A DNA stretch of 64,000 nt from a virus: positions 6,858-70,857 of the IMG/VR virus record IMGVR_UViG_3300005613_000048; one strand, given 5' to 3'. Below, one piece after another: positions 29,601 through 38,624 of this stretch (position 1 is the stretch's first letter; the number at the start of each line of letters is the position of its first letter). The notes below the pieces were generated by a model. That model was not told the DNA's origin and searched no databases. It was given only the letters and a program-made list of their open reading frames with translations. The position numbers and the translations under genes were made by a program.

Positions 29601-32600
29601 GGCAAGGTCAGAGGGTTATCGACCGAAGTCAACTCAGGGCGCTGTCGCTACGGAGGTGCCTGGGAGTCGCAGCGGAACAGCAGGCGTCGGTGCTGGTGAA
29701 CACGCCACTTACGACGTTATCTTTCCAGGCGGAATAAATGAACGCGTTCGCGCATCTTCGCCAGAAAAGGCCATTGCGATTGCCTACAAAGCCCCGCGAG
29801 GTTGGCAAAAAATTCCTGACGCTCCGTTCAAGAAATCTTGGCACATGCTTGGGCTGAAGCAGATTCTCAAGCAGGCTGCGGAGGAGGGCTATGACGAGGT
29901 TAGTATTGTTCGTGGTCGCGACATAGCAAAGACGGTTGGAGGCCCTGAGGATTCACTTGATAAGTTTTACGCTGACATTGTCAGTGGAGACCTCAAGAAG
30001 TACACGAAGCGTTGGGGCAGCTTTCAAGGCGATAGTCAGTTTCCTGGCGCTGCAAAAGTCAGACACCGTGAATTTGTACCGAGAGGCGAGAGGCAAGTTT
30101 GGCTCAACACCGATGATGAATTTGCAGGTATTGATGCTGGCTACTACAAGGAAGGTTCTGGCTGGGTCGCGACCATAAGGGAGCCGTGGTCGGCAAAGAC
30201 TCCATGGAGACAGACGTTTGCCAGCAAAGCAGAAGCAGACCGCGCGATCAAAGAAAAGCTGGAAGCAGAATACCGCGATCAGTATTACTACCCTGAGATG
30301 ACGGGCGATGTAAAGGTATTCAAGATCACTCCGGAAATGCGGCGTGACTTGCTTGACGAAGGCCAGCCGATGTATAGCCCAGCTCCGACTCCGTCTGCGG
30401 CGATGCCGCCGGCAAAGAGCGGGCCGCTGGCAAGTATCGGCAATAAGCCGATCAACCAATGGACTCCGGAACAGATCCGGATGATTTCTGATGGTGCTGA
30501 GTTTTCAAAGATCAGCCCATCGCACAAACGACTCAACGATCAGATTGAGACTCTGGTGAAACAGCGAGGCATCTTGCCGGCAGACGCTGAGATCATGCGA
30601 CTCATATACGCACAAAGCAAGGTCCACCATTTGCCTGACGTTGTTGCGGCAATGCGACAGATTAAAACCCAGGAAGGTAAAGTCATTCGTGGCGCAGCCG
30701 GTATCGCCGAATCGAAGTTCTGGGGCAAGAAGGTTGATCGCGTTGTGATGAAGTCAGCCAGTCAAAAGACTGGCGATCCAGGCGCGACCGATGAAGGCGT
30801 TCGAGTGCTTCTGCATGAGATGGCTCACATTTTGAGCTACGACATCTTGCATCGCAAAGCGTTGGGGACGGCAACCAAAGAAGAGATTGCCGCCATGGAT
30901 GAGTTTATGGCAATTAGCCGAACAACGCCGACCACAGACTTCCAGAAGGAGTTCGCATCCGGTGGCAACGCAGCTAATCAAGCGCTGCATCACTCAGGCG
31001 CTGGGGCTCGTTCTGGGCCGCAGCCATGGAGCGAGCAGTTTGCAGAGTTTTATGCTCAGTCTGTGATGAGGCGAAAGGTTCCTGATGGAGCCCTGGGTGC
31101 GATCATCCACAAAGCAACTGCTTGGATACGGAACATGCTCAACGCGTTGCGGCAGGTTACCGGGCTGAAGCCTGACGTTCGCACGCGACTCGATGCGATC
31201 ATGGACGAGTTAGGTGGATTTAATCAACCGCCGGATATTTCTAGCTTGCTCAATCGCGCAAAGTCTCAGGCCCAGCCGCAACCGCCTAGACCTCAGCCAC
31301 AGCCACAGCCGCAGCCGCAGCCTCCAGCTCCACAGCCACCAGGCCAACAGCCTCCTGTGCCATTGCCGCCGGGACGACAGCCACCGCCACTCCCGCCGGC
31401 AAACCAGCCGCCGCCGCCGTTCAATCCACAACTGCCGCCGGCTGGAGCGCCTATGCCAGCAACCCTTGACGATGAGACTGCAACTCGACTTCTAGCAGAG
31501 CTGGTTTACGCATACGGCCTATCTGGAAAGTTCCAGGGTGAAGCCAGTAACGTGATCGGCAAGCCGGTCATGGCGCAGGCTGGTCAGTTAGAGGACATGA
31601 TGGCGCAAGCCCCGTCACCTCGCAGACCCGGTTTCAACTTCCTAGATGTTCCATCGGCTTATGTCGGCAAAAAAGCTGGCACCACCCTGAATCCATTGCA
31701 CGCACGAGGCGTTGGCACTCAGATCGAGAGTCGCTTTGGGCCGCTTGCTGCTGGTGAAATGGCCGGGTACTACATCGAAGGCCTGAACCGCATTTCGCCC
31801 TTCCTGAATTTACTTCGCAAGGGCGTCGACCCAGCCGAAGCAGCCAAGCGAATCGGCGACGCGCAGGTGAACTACAGCAACCGGCATTACACGCGGTTTG
31901 AACGAGACCGTGCATCGCTTTTGCTGCCGTTCTACAAGTTCAGTCGCGGCATGCTGCCTCACACCATACGCAGCTTGGTAGAGAAGCCCGGCGGTCGATT
32001 GGCACAAACGATACGAGCAGCAAACTCAGCCAGGGAAACTGACGCGCTTACGCCTGATTACATCAGCGAGACCGCTTCGATTCCAGCGAACGGCCTGCCA
32101 TTTATTGGCAATCCGCCTGAAGGCACGCAGCGATACATCACGGGCATGGGCTTGATGTTTGAAGATCCGCTATCTTTCCTTGGAGGCGGCGCTAGGGGAG
32201 CTGGACTCGAACTCTTGAGCCGAATGAATCCGCTAATCAAAGGCCCGCTGGAGTGGGCCACCGGCGAGTCGTTTTTCCAAAAGGGTCCGCGCGGTGGTAG
32301 GGATCTTGAGGATCTTGACCCGACGCTCGGTCGACTGTTCAGCAACGCAGGACAACTCGCACAGAACCCTGACGCAATCTTCGGAGGCAAGACACTGCCA
32401 CGAACGGACGCCGTTACTTGGCCAGGCTCCGAACAGATGGAGCATATCTTAGGCAATTCGCCGCTTGCGCGGATTTTAACGAGTGCGCGGGTTGCGAGCG
32501 ATCCGCGAAAGAATCTCTCAACGAAGGCCCTTAACCTTTTGACTGGATTGCGGATATCCGACGTATCACCCGAGGCGAGTGAAGCGATAGTACGTGAGCG

Positions 32601-32781
32601 GACGATGGAATTGATGGAAGATCTTGGGTCGAAAGAGTTTGTTCGTCCCTACTTCCCCCAAGACATGATGGAACGACTCACGCCTGAGCAGCAAGAAGAG
32701 AGAATGCAGCTCCAGGCGATGATCAACGCCTTGGCCGCGAGGGCCAAGGCGAGAGCAGAGGCGGCTGCTAACCAGCGTTAG
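26680..32781 (+). CDS. Large polyvalent/ejection protein with a zincin-like domain
   Basis: PAFHVRN and PFYKF motifs of large injected proteins; inserted EVQSDWHQ domain and LLHEMAH...EQFAE between Gly-rich and Pro-rich linkers. Confidence 0.7.
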   Translation: MALGDLARRAKMRRYGGAGDIEMTPELEASLLGRIGDRAIGGIAAAGNILDLPGSTIRDVLTWIPGGIEGRNPVDQWLPWNWTSPQNRTTGRELLRSSGMLPKRNQGFGGMVAGIAAEIALDPLTYMTLGGASLTKAGTVMRNAGLMDDVTRVAAKKANVANGLIGKRQARVSTTFEDMYKAADTNQRAAIDIAAAEMGVKPASLMQDNLAGLVGFGLPFRDPSVVLGRGADRTAKRIDDTLSAIQYAKVPGTNFSPVNDMIVRPFNAMVGEARTKIGQAANRTLFENRGSKQWEARHRVAQFMTKLEDLNLTEEQYGDVLRQAFEIPGATKNLPPELQSMVKEMRKDLRRMPDEAAEYGIQLKNYIDPQAKYFPRYLTQSLHGKNSGGVPRVMSTLDPSQSERLEFLHGIKGGTVTSKNVFMDKDLNDLVDAGMDTGSIATHMKKLYGNNASELYVSPDIIPEIKKLVRATVPDLKLRKLLIDSMQDKTADQIYRMARNNLPAAGAQLDRLGNKFIKNRFNEMAKWFKGLSKETRDTAVFGNHPLADLQARLLSYNDSIEAAKVFTDTLAARGVTVAIDDKGVGPTIREMLTTAKLQSGTIRRGALKQIARKMGHDVDNMAPDKLQDVMNEIGRLRVRQDIADDMVRMQKGFSEPDSVSPLIEVVQNITNFYKSNLTSPFPAFHVRNLFSGQFQNWVRGMWDPQSAYDSHTFLRGGVISGAKDIPILQRIWRQRQAQYGAGPGAAGAGGAGGAAGGGGGAAGPGAGPSGGGGGVSPSVLPTSTPSGMQSPNPSGFFLRSQRVLNSVNQNVATADQWRAMLRKGGVKAEEFDDLEIEQFLQANPKATKQQLQEHIEANTPQIEIIPGKGEYAKYQIPGGDPGTYREILIRKPLAGDGKSLQDELNALEKIERDFTPAEYERYRELTVGRQNDSFYGPHFDESNVLAHLRVDDVTLPNGRKSLRVQEVQSDWHQKARSEGYRPKSTQGAVATEVPGSRSGTAGVGAGEHATYDVIFPGGINERVRASSPEKAIAIAYKAPRGWQKIPDAPFKKSWHMLGLKQILKQAAEEGYDEVSIVRGRDIAKTVGGPEDSLDKFYADIVSGDLKKYTKRWGSFQGDSQFPGAAKVRHREFVPRGERQVWLNTDDEFAGIDAGYYKEGSGWVATIREPWSAKTPWRQTFASKAEADRAIKEKLEAEYRDQYYYPEMTGDVKVFKITPEMRRDLLDEGQPMYSPAPTPSAAMPPAKSGPLASIGNKPINQWTPEQIRMISDGAEFSKISPSHKRLNDQIETLVKQRGILPADAEIMRLIYAQSKVHHLPDVVAAMRQIKTQEGKVIRGAAGIAESKFWGKKVDRVVMKSASQKTGDPGATDEGVRVLLHEMAHILSYDILHRKALGTATKEEIAAMDEFMAISRTTPTTDFQKEFASGGNAANQALHHSGAGARSGPQPWSEQFAEFYAQSVMRRKVPDGALGAIIHKATAWIRNMLNALRQVTGLKPDVRTRLDAIMDELGGFNQPPDISSLLNRAKSQAQPQPPRPQPQPQPQPQPPAPQPPGQQPPVPLPPGRQPPPLPPANQPPPPFNPQLPPAGAPMPATLDDETATRLLAELVYAYGLSGKFQGEASNVIGKPVMAQAGQLEDMMAQAPSPRRPGFNFLDVPSAYVGKKAGTTLNPLHARGVGTQIESRFGPLAAGEMAGYYIEGLNRISPFLNLLRKGVDPAEAAKRIGDAQVNYSNRHYTRFERDRASLLLPFYKFSRGMLPHTIRSLVEKPGGRLAQTIRAANSARETDALTPDYISETASIPANGLPFIGNPPEGTQRYITGMGLMFEDPLSFLGGGARGAGLELLSRMNPLIKGPLEWATGESFFQKGPRGGRDLEDLDPTLGRLFSNAGQLAQNPDAIFGGKTLPRTDAVTWPGSEQMEHILGNSPLARILTSARVASDPRKNLSTKALNLLTGLRISDVSPEASEAIVRERTMELMEDLGSKEFVRPYFPQDMMERLTPEQQEERMQLQAMINALAARAKARAEAAANQR

Positions 32782-33661
32782 CTCGTGTGACCGGAGGCAA
32801 TATCGGCTCGTCGGCTATTCGGCGGTCGATGTAGTGCTTGCGGCTCAGCGCGGGCTCTGTATGGCCAAGGTACTTCCAAGCAGTGTGCGGCGAGTTTGCT
32901 TCGACGGCAGTCGCCCCGGTACGCCTGAGGTGTTGCATGACACGATTACGCTCATTGGGATCGACTCCTGCCTGCTTTCGACACTGCTTCATCCAGTAAT
33001 AAAGCTGGGTCAAGCAGCCTGGAAATGCTAATGGAGTCTCCCACTTGGCATCGTTCAGCTCCTTTAGCCTGTTGCTGATCCACTCAAGCTCGTGGACTGT
33101 TTCACTGGTCAGGCGACATGAATGCACGCGGCTGGTCTTGTGTTGCGAGAACGACACTACATTCCCTCGCAGCCATGACATGTGAAACGAGAACGCATCT
33201 CCCCGCCGCATGCCAGTCTCGAAGCAGAACCATATCAGACATGGGAAGTACCTGTGCCTCGGTATCCCATTCACGAGCTTACCTCTGAGTTTAGAAGCTG
33301 CTTGTGCAACAGAATCCAATTGCTTGAAGTCCCATGCTTCTGGGTTCTTGTCTGCAACCTTCACTCTCCTGATCTTTCCAGGCTGTGCGGTAAGATCACG
33401 CTCGGCTGCGTACTTCCATATAGTTAGCATGCTGGTCCTTAGATTTTTCCTTGACCTGTCTGAGAGATTACCTTTCGATTGCTGGTCCTTTAACCACGAA
33501 TTTATGAGATGGTCCGACAGTTCGGATGCTAGGACTTGTTTTCCATGCCATTCTTCTAGCTTCCTCCTTGCGTAATCAAGCTGATACTCATACGCCGAAG
33601 TCAATTCGTTTTCCAGGAGATAACTCTCAACCAAACTTTCTAATGAAATGTTAGATTTCAT
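32768..33661 (-). CDS. int: Tyrosine integrase
   Basis: ETGMRRGD, QHKT, HLRR, LGH and KHY catalytic pattern; adjacent to a tRNA-fragment att. Confidence 0.9.
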   Translation of the reverse strand: MKSNISLESLVESYLLENELTSAYEYQLDYARRKLEEWHGKQVLASELSDHLINSWLKDQQSKGNLSDRSRKNLRTSMLTIWKYAAERDLTAQPGKIRRVKVADKNPEAWDFKQLDSVAQAASKLRGKLVNGIPRHRYFPCLIWFCFETGMRRGDAFSFHMSWLRGNVVSFSQHKTSRVHSCRLTSETVHELEWISNRLKELNDAKWETPLAFPGCLTQLYYWMKQCRKQAGVDPNERNRVMQHLRRTGATAVEANSPHTAWKYLGHTEPALSRKHYIDRRIADEPILPPVTRANAG

Positions 33662-33839
33662 CTTATCAATGCCCCATATCTAAGTGAATCTCCATAACGT
33701 GTGATGAGCATTTACAGAATCGTCTCTGCGAATGCAATTCTTAACAATTCCACACGACCGCCAGACTTGCGCATCAGCGCAAAGACGGCACAGAAATGGC
33801 TTCTAACAAAATTCGCGAAGGTTCACATTTTGCGAATTT

Positions 33840-33894
33840 GGTTGAGGGCCTAGTGGGCATTACGCCCGTGGAGGTTCGAGTCCTCTTGGCCGCA
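33840..33894 (+). other. attP core: 3' half of tRNA-Leu(GAG)
   Basis: Anticodon loop TTGAGGG, 3' stem CCTAG, long variable arm GGGC-ATTAC-GCCC, T arm GAGG TTCGAGT CCTC, acceptor strand TTGGCCGCA; 5' half absent. Confidence 0.85.
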
Positions 33895-33970
33895 CTGTTG
33901 GTCCTGTGGAGTGTTGCCACTCCCAGGAATAGTTGTTTTTCGGTCTCCAGTCAAGCGAAAAGGAGATGTG

Positions 33971-34204
33971 ATGATCCGCAGGTACGAAGAGGTTTGCGTT
34001 CTCGAACGCACGATTTTGCACAACGCGGAACGAATCCGACAGGAGAAAGGACTCACTCATCAGGTGATGGCGGATCGGCTAGGCCTCAACAAAGTCGCGC
34101 TAGGGGACATTCTCAGGAATAAGCGGCGACTGAGTGTAAAAAATGTCGAAAGATTGGCTCTCGCACTAGGAGTTCATGCCGCTGACCTGATGGGCGACAA
34201 CTGA
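33971..34204 (+). CDS. XRE-family HTH repressor
   Basis: IRQEKGLTHQVMADRLGL...LALALGV; AAGGAG RBS. Confidence 0.85.
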   Translation: MIRRYEEVCVLERTILHNAERIRQEKGLTHQVMADRLGLNKVALGDILRNKRRLSVKNVERLALALGVHAADLMGDN

Positions 34205-34266
34205 CCTAACCCTCGCCACACACGCTACTTACGACCCAATCGCTGCCGACTCGCTACGATAGCTAT

Positions 34267-34294
34267 TTGACTATCGAGGCGGGGCCGCTATCTT
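34267..34294 (+). promoter_or_regulatory. Sigma70-like promoter overlapped by the TTGACTATC box
   Basis: TTGACT-16 nt-TATCTT upstream of the recombination operon. Confidence 0.5.
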
Positions 34295-34450
34295 TGTGCG
34301 CGTCCGAGACCGGGCTGGGAGTGAAAACCTAGAAGGCATCTAGGCTCCCAACAATTCGCGCAGTAGTGAGACTTCGCGTGTTCCACAGGATCGTAAATCT
34401 CGTTATTTGCTGCGCGCGTTGGCCCGGCTCCATCTTAAAGGAGCCACTCA

Positions 34451-35428
34451 GTGGAAAACGCAGAAAATGGTGGACAGTTGGCAACCGTCAAGCCAACATC
34501 CGGCGTTCTGGCCGATATGCGGTCACAACTCCAACGGCTACCAACCGAAGCCCAGGAAAAGGTTTTGGCGGAGTATCGAGACCGACGAGCAAACTTTCGT
34601 AAGTGGCTGCTGGATCAGCTCAAGGAAGGTGTGCATTACGGGTTTCCGCCGGGAACTCTGCCGGAATCTCGCAAGATTAACGGTATCACGCACTTTTCCT
34701 CTAAGTCCAAGAACGGCACGAATTGGATCCCAGAAACACAGTGGCGTCCAAAGCCATCGCTTTACAAAGCGGGGGCTGATTTCGTCATTGAATTGATGGC
34801 GTGTCGTGATAGCTATTCGCCTGACAAGGATGTGTGGCAGATGATGGGAGGCAACAAGAATGAAGTCTGCATGCGCTGCGATCTGTACGACAATGTCAGC
34901 GGCAACAAGATTGCCGATGGTCATGGTTTTGGCAGTCGCGGGGATAAGGGTGATTGGGACGGCAAGCAAGGCAACTCTGCGATCAAGATGGCCTCAAAGC
35001 GGGCGAAGGTGGCGGCTGTTCTGAATGCTTTTGGCCTGGCCGATTTGTTCACACAGGATATTGAGGACCGCCAGAGACCGGAGAACGAGCCCGAAGTGTC
35101 CAATCCGGTGCAGGCGGAAGGTGCGCCAAAAGAAGTCCCGACACGCAAAGAAGGTGGGCAATCGCCGGGGCCGCGCGGAACCGGGCCGCTGGAGATGGAA
35201 GAGATCCGCAGCCTATTCTCGCGATGGTCTCGCATCGTCAAAGCGGAAGCTGCCGGCATGGGAGAGACCGCCAACCTCAGCAAAGAGAACTTCATTGCTT
35301 ACGCATCCCAATTTTTGGGCGCTAACAGCGACGACCCGAGCGTACTGGAGCCGAGCAGTTGGAGCAGGCCTCAGTACCGTGCTGCCGAGAAAGACCTCAA
35401 GCAAAGCGAGGAGGCACTCGGATTATGA
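34451..35428 (+). CDS. Putative phage ssDNA-annealing/recombination protein
   Basis: KPSLYKAGA and NSAIKMASKRAKVAAV...FTQDIED motifs; paired with the exonuclease. Confidence 0.6.
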   Translation: MENAENGGQLATVKPTSGVLADMRSQLQRLPTEAQEKVLAEYRDRRANFRKWLLDQLKEGVHYGFPPGTLPESRKINGITHFSSKSKNGTNWIPETQWRPKPSLYKAGADFVIELMACRDSYSPDKDVWQMMGGNKNEVCMRCDLYDNVSGNKIADGHGFGSRGDKGDWDGKQGNSAIKMASKRAKVAAVLNAFGLADLFTQDIEDRQRPENEPEVSNPVQAEGAPKEVPTRKEGGQSPGPRGTGPLEMEEIRSLFSRWSRIVKAEAAGMGETANLSKENFIAYASQFLGANSDDPSVLEPSSWSRPQYRAAEKDLKQSEEALGL

Positions 35429-36567
35429 GCAAGTCAAAACAGAAGATCGCGGATCAGCATACGGCGATGGAATCCTTCATGGATGTGATCGAGGTTCCCA
35501 AGCTGGTTGTTCGCAGGACTGCGTTGGAACAAGTCTCGACTTGCCCAGCCATGCACTCACTGATTCGGCAAAAGAAGTGCGTCGATCGCAGCGAGCTGAC
35601 GGAAGTCGGTGAGGCGGTCCATCAAGCGATTGCTTTGGCGACGATCGAGTACGTGGAAGCTGGCCACGGCATGACGCGAGACGACCTGTTGGATGAGGTT
35701 CGCTGCCAACTTCGTGGCGTGCGACCTGACATTCAGCCAAAGGCGATCCAGGCTGCTGACCGCGCCTTGTGGAGCTGGGCCGACTATGTCTCTCGCCTGC
35801 CGGCGCGCACGATCCTGGCTTTTGATGGTGGCGACCGAACGACGCACCCTGACCAGCAGGACAGGACTCGCACCGGCCAGCTCAGTTGGGAGATAGCTGG
35901 TGCGGGGCGATCGGATTACATCGTCACGGCAGAGCTTGATTTACTGCATGCCACACGAAGCCCTGAGGTTCTTTGTGAGGTCGACTACAAGAGCGGCTGG
36001 AAGGTCTGGGACTACGAAATGATTTTCGACTCGTTTCAGTTCAGCTTCCATGCGTTCCTGGTGTTCAAGAACTTTCCTACGGTGAATTTTTTGGATGTAA
36101 GAATCTGGTCGACACGAACCAATCAGCTTACGGCTCCGGTTCGATTCGATCGCCGCGATCTTGATCATATCAACGCTCGCCTTCGTCGGGCCGTAGGAGA
36201 CTATGACATGTACGGCAAGCTAGACAATGCACCGGCTTGGCCGTATCCCGAAAAGTGTTCGATATGCCCTTGCTCACTGCATTGCCCTTCATCCGAGGCA
36301 TTGTTTTCGGATGTTGCGAAAGGGCCAAAGGAAGCAGTACGTAAGTATGTTGTGATGGGCGAAGCGCTGAAGGCACAGAAGGAGGCGCTGAAGGCGTATG
36401 TTACGCTTACAGATCAAGACATCATCATCGAGGAGGAGGGCCTAGCGTTTGGACGCGACAAGCCTTCTGCTGAGAGGTGGCCAGCAGACCCAGTTTACAA
36501 GATCAAGGACGATAAACCCAAAAAGGAAAAGGCAAATGGAAAGAGGGCACCTAAAAATAAAGCGTAA
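35425..36567 (+). CDS. PD-(D/E)XK Cas4/RecB-like exonuclease
   Basis: N-terminal CP, GEAVH, LDLL, VDYKSG, QFSFH and C-terminal CSICPCSLHC (Fe-S-type cysteines). Confidence 0.8.
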   Translation: MSKSKQKIADQHTAMESFMDVIEVPKLVVRRTALEQVSTCPAMHSLIRQKKCVDRSELTEVGEAVHQAIALATIEYVEAGHGMTRDDLLDEVRCQLRGVRPDIQPKAIQAADRALWSWADYVSRLPARTILAFDGGDRTTHPDQQDRTRTGQLSWEIAGAGRSDYIVTAELDLLHATRSPEVLCEVDYKSGWKVWDYEMIFDSFQFSFHAFLVFKNFPTVNFLDVRIWSTRTNQLTAPVRFDRRDLDHINARLRRAVGDYDMYGKLDNAPAWPYPEKCSICPCSLHCPSSEALFSDVAKGPKEAVRKYVVMGEALKAQKEALKAYVTLTDQDIIIEEEGLAFGRDKPSAERWPADPVYKIKDDKPKKEKANGKRAPKNKA

Positions 36568-36748
36568 GGCTGGGCAGACCATCATCATTGGTGATACCGA
36601 AGTGAGAATTGTTAGGACTTCGCAAGGATCGGCTGACCTACTTATCAGTGCAAGCAAGGATGTTCCCATTAGACGCGGCGAGCTTGCCGCAATTTCAATC
36701 GAGGAGAGTGAAGATGAAGAAGTTAGTGTTCCGTTTGGGCGAGGCTGA
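36536..36748 (+). CDS. csrA: CsrA-like carbon storage regulator
   Basis: LKIKRKAGQTIIIGDTEVRIV...LLISASKDVPIRRGEL. Confidence 0.8.
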   Translation: MERGHLKIKRKAGQTIIIGDTEVRIVRTSQGSADLLISASKDVPIRRGELAAISIEESEDEEVSVPFGRG

Positions 36749-37295
36749 CCCAAGAGCTACCCATCGAGTCCTGGAGTATGACCTCGACGGCGAAGCGCAC
36801 CATGTGGTCGTTGAAGCCAAAGACAACAAGATCGAAATCTTTGTTGAAGAAGGCGTCACTGTCAGTGATGTGATGTTCTACGACAAGGATGACGACGGCT
36901 GTGAATCCAGGCCGCTTGAGGTGCTTGGCTCTTACGTTGTCAGCGACAAGGAGCCGCTACTGACGGCGAGCTGCTTGTTCGATCGCGTGGTGGATGTTCC
37001 GGAAGATGAGATCCCAAAGGAGATCGTTGACTATGTCGACGACGCCTTGCCAGCTCCGGAGATCCCCGAAGTTTATCCTCCGGTAAAGCCTGAGCCTGCT
37101 GCTCCAGTGAAAGCCAGCGAGCCAGAAGTTCTGGAGGAGCCGGCGAAGCCTGTATCCGAAGCCGAGTCAATTCGGCAGTACCTCAAGGCTAACCCAGACG
37201 CTGAAAACACGGAGGTGATCGACGCTCTTGGCGAGCAAGGCATCGAGGTGAACTCTTCCCAGGTCAATCGCGCTCGCAAGCAACTTGCTGGCTAG
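36714..37295 (+). CDS. Acidic protein with C-terminal HTH-like domain
   Basis: C-terminal SEAESIRQYLKANP...SSQVNRAR; GAGGAG RBS. Confidence 0.6.
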   Translation: MKKLVFRLGEADPRATHRVLEYDLDGEAHHVVVEAKDNKIEIFVEEGVTVSDVMFYDKDDDGCESRPLEVLGSYVVSDKEPLLTASCLFDRVVDVPEDEIPKEIVDYVDDALPAPEIPEVYPPVKPEPAAPVKASEPEVLEEPAKPVSEAESIRQYLKANPDAENTEVIDALGEQGIEVNSSQVNRARKQLAG

Positions 37296-37311
37296 CGTTT
37301 CTGCTTCAGTC

Positions 37312-37346
37312 AACCCGACCGGGCCAATGCTCGGTCGGGTTTTTTT
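37312..37346 (+). terminator. Rho-independent terminator
   Basis: AACCCGACCGGGC-CAAT-GCTCGGTCGGGTT followed by a T run. Confidence 0.8.
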
Positions 37347-37369
37347 AGCAATCAACACAGGATGGAGCT

Positions 37370-38389
37370 ATGGAAAACACTGATATTGAATACGTGCATC
37401 ACTCTTTCAGCCCGTGGCGCGGATGCACGGAAATTGATGCTGGCTGTCGATTCTGCTTCGCAAAGCGTGGCTCAGATCGCAACCCGAGAATCTTAGGCAA
37501 ATGGGGTGATGCAGGGAGTCGCGTCGTGGCGAGCCCGAAGGCCTGGAGAGAGATGCGGGCTCTTGATCGCAAATGTGGACGCATGGGTATTAAGCAGCGA
37601 GTGCTATGCCACTGGTGCGATCCTTTCGAGGATTGGACTGGCCCGATGATTGACCACGTTGGAAATCGCTTGGAATACTGCGATCAATGCCACAAGGTGC
37701 TATGGTCTTTCGACAAGCCGTGCCCGTGTGCCAAACGATTCAAACGCATGGCTACGATGCACGATGTGCGTCATGAATACATGATGATGATTGAGAGCTG
37801 CCAGAATCTAATATGGCTTCTCACGACTAAGCGACCCGAAAACATTCGCAGTTTTTGGGAAGGCTACGCGGGCTTCAACATTGCGCTCGGGATTAGTGTT
37901 TGCAACACGGCTGATGCGCTTAAGAAGTTCGACATCTTTCGCGATTGCATGTACCTAGCTGAGACGTCGTGGATCTCCGCAGAGCCTTTAATCGGTGCGC
38001 TAGACTTGGTCGAGGCTCGCGTGCTGCCACGGTACGAGTGCGGCACTTGCGGCGCTGTCGTGACTGATTACTCGCATGACTCTGACGATGTTTGTCGTAC
38101 TTGCGAGTCTACCATGAGTTTTCAATTTGACTGTGTTGACTGGTTGGTTGTTGGAGGTGAGAGCGGTGGCCGGGCTCGCTCTTGCAATCCTGATTGGATA
38201 CGGAAAATCGTCCGCGATTGCGATCGAGCTGATGTGCCGTGCTTCGTCAAGCAACTCGGAAGCAATCCGGACGGCGTTCAAGTCGCCGATCCAAAGGGCG
38301 GCAACATGGACGAGTGGCCAAAAGATCTTCGCGTTCGACAGTACCCTGAATCCTTTGGAGATTGCAATGATGCACCAACCGTCGTTTGA
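37370..38389 (+). CDS. DUF5131 / phage Gp37-Gp68 family radical SAM-like protein
   Basis: PWRGCTEIDAGCRFCFA, LTTKRPEN, SAEPLIG, DWLVVGGESG, FVKQLG. Confidence 0.88.
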   Translation: MENTDIEYVHHSFSPWRGCTEIDAGCRFCFAKRGSDRNPRILGKWGDAGSRVVASPKAWREMRALDRKCGRMGIKQRVLCHWCDPFEDWTGPMIDHVGNRLEYCDQCHKVLWSFDKPCPCAKRFKRMATMHDVRHEYMMMIESCQNLIWLLTTKRPENIRSFWEGYAGFNIALGISVCNTADALKKFDIFRDCMYLAETSWISAEPLIGALDLVEARVLPRYECGTCGAVVTDYSHDSDDVCRTCESTMSFQFDCVDWLVVGGESGGRARSCNPDWIRKIVRDCDRADVPCFVKQLGSNPDGVQVADPKGGNMDEWPKDLRVRQYPESFGDCNDAPTVV

Positions 38390-38624
38390 GCAAGCTGTCG
38401 CAAGATACGCTCGGGATTTATACCTCGCCGCTATCGTCGAAGAGGTGCGAACTGCCGCTCTGGAGAAGCGAAGAATCGACTCGCGACACTACGAGCGAGT
38501 GTATTTCAATTGCGTCGAGTCGGCGTACCAAATGTTCAAGATGGAGAATCCGCAACTGGAGATTCCTGAAGGAGAGCTGAACGTTATATGGGACAAAATT
38601 ACATCAAAACTGAGGGGAAAATGA
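38367..38624 (+). CDS. Hypothetical protein
   Basis: GGAG RBS; overlaps both neighbours. Confidence 0.55.
   Translation: MMHQPSFEQAVARYARDLYLAAIVEEVRTAALEKRRIDSRHYERVYFNCVESAYQMFKMENPQLEIPEGELNVIWDKITSKLRGK

Noticed and set aside
28890-31460. Gly-rich, Pro-rich and similar DNA repeats as non-coding repeat arrays
   Set aside because: They are in-frame low-complexity protein linkers with synonymous variation.
32768-33661. Integron integrase for the attC array
   Set aside because: No IntI-specific insertion is evident, it is 11 kb from the array, and it has its own tRNA att site.
33800-33894. Functional tRNA-Leu gene
   Set aside because: The 5' acceptor strand, D arm and most of the 5' anticodon stem are missing.
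35425-36567. Cas4 as part of a CRISPR-Cas locus
   Set aside because: No cas1, cas2 or effector genes; it is paired with an annealing-type protein as a normal phage recombination exonuclease.
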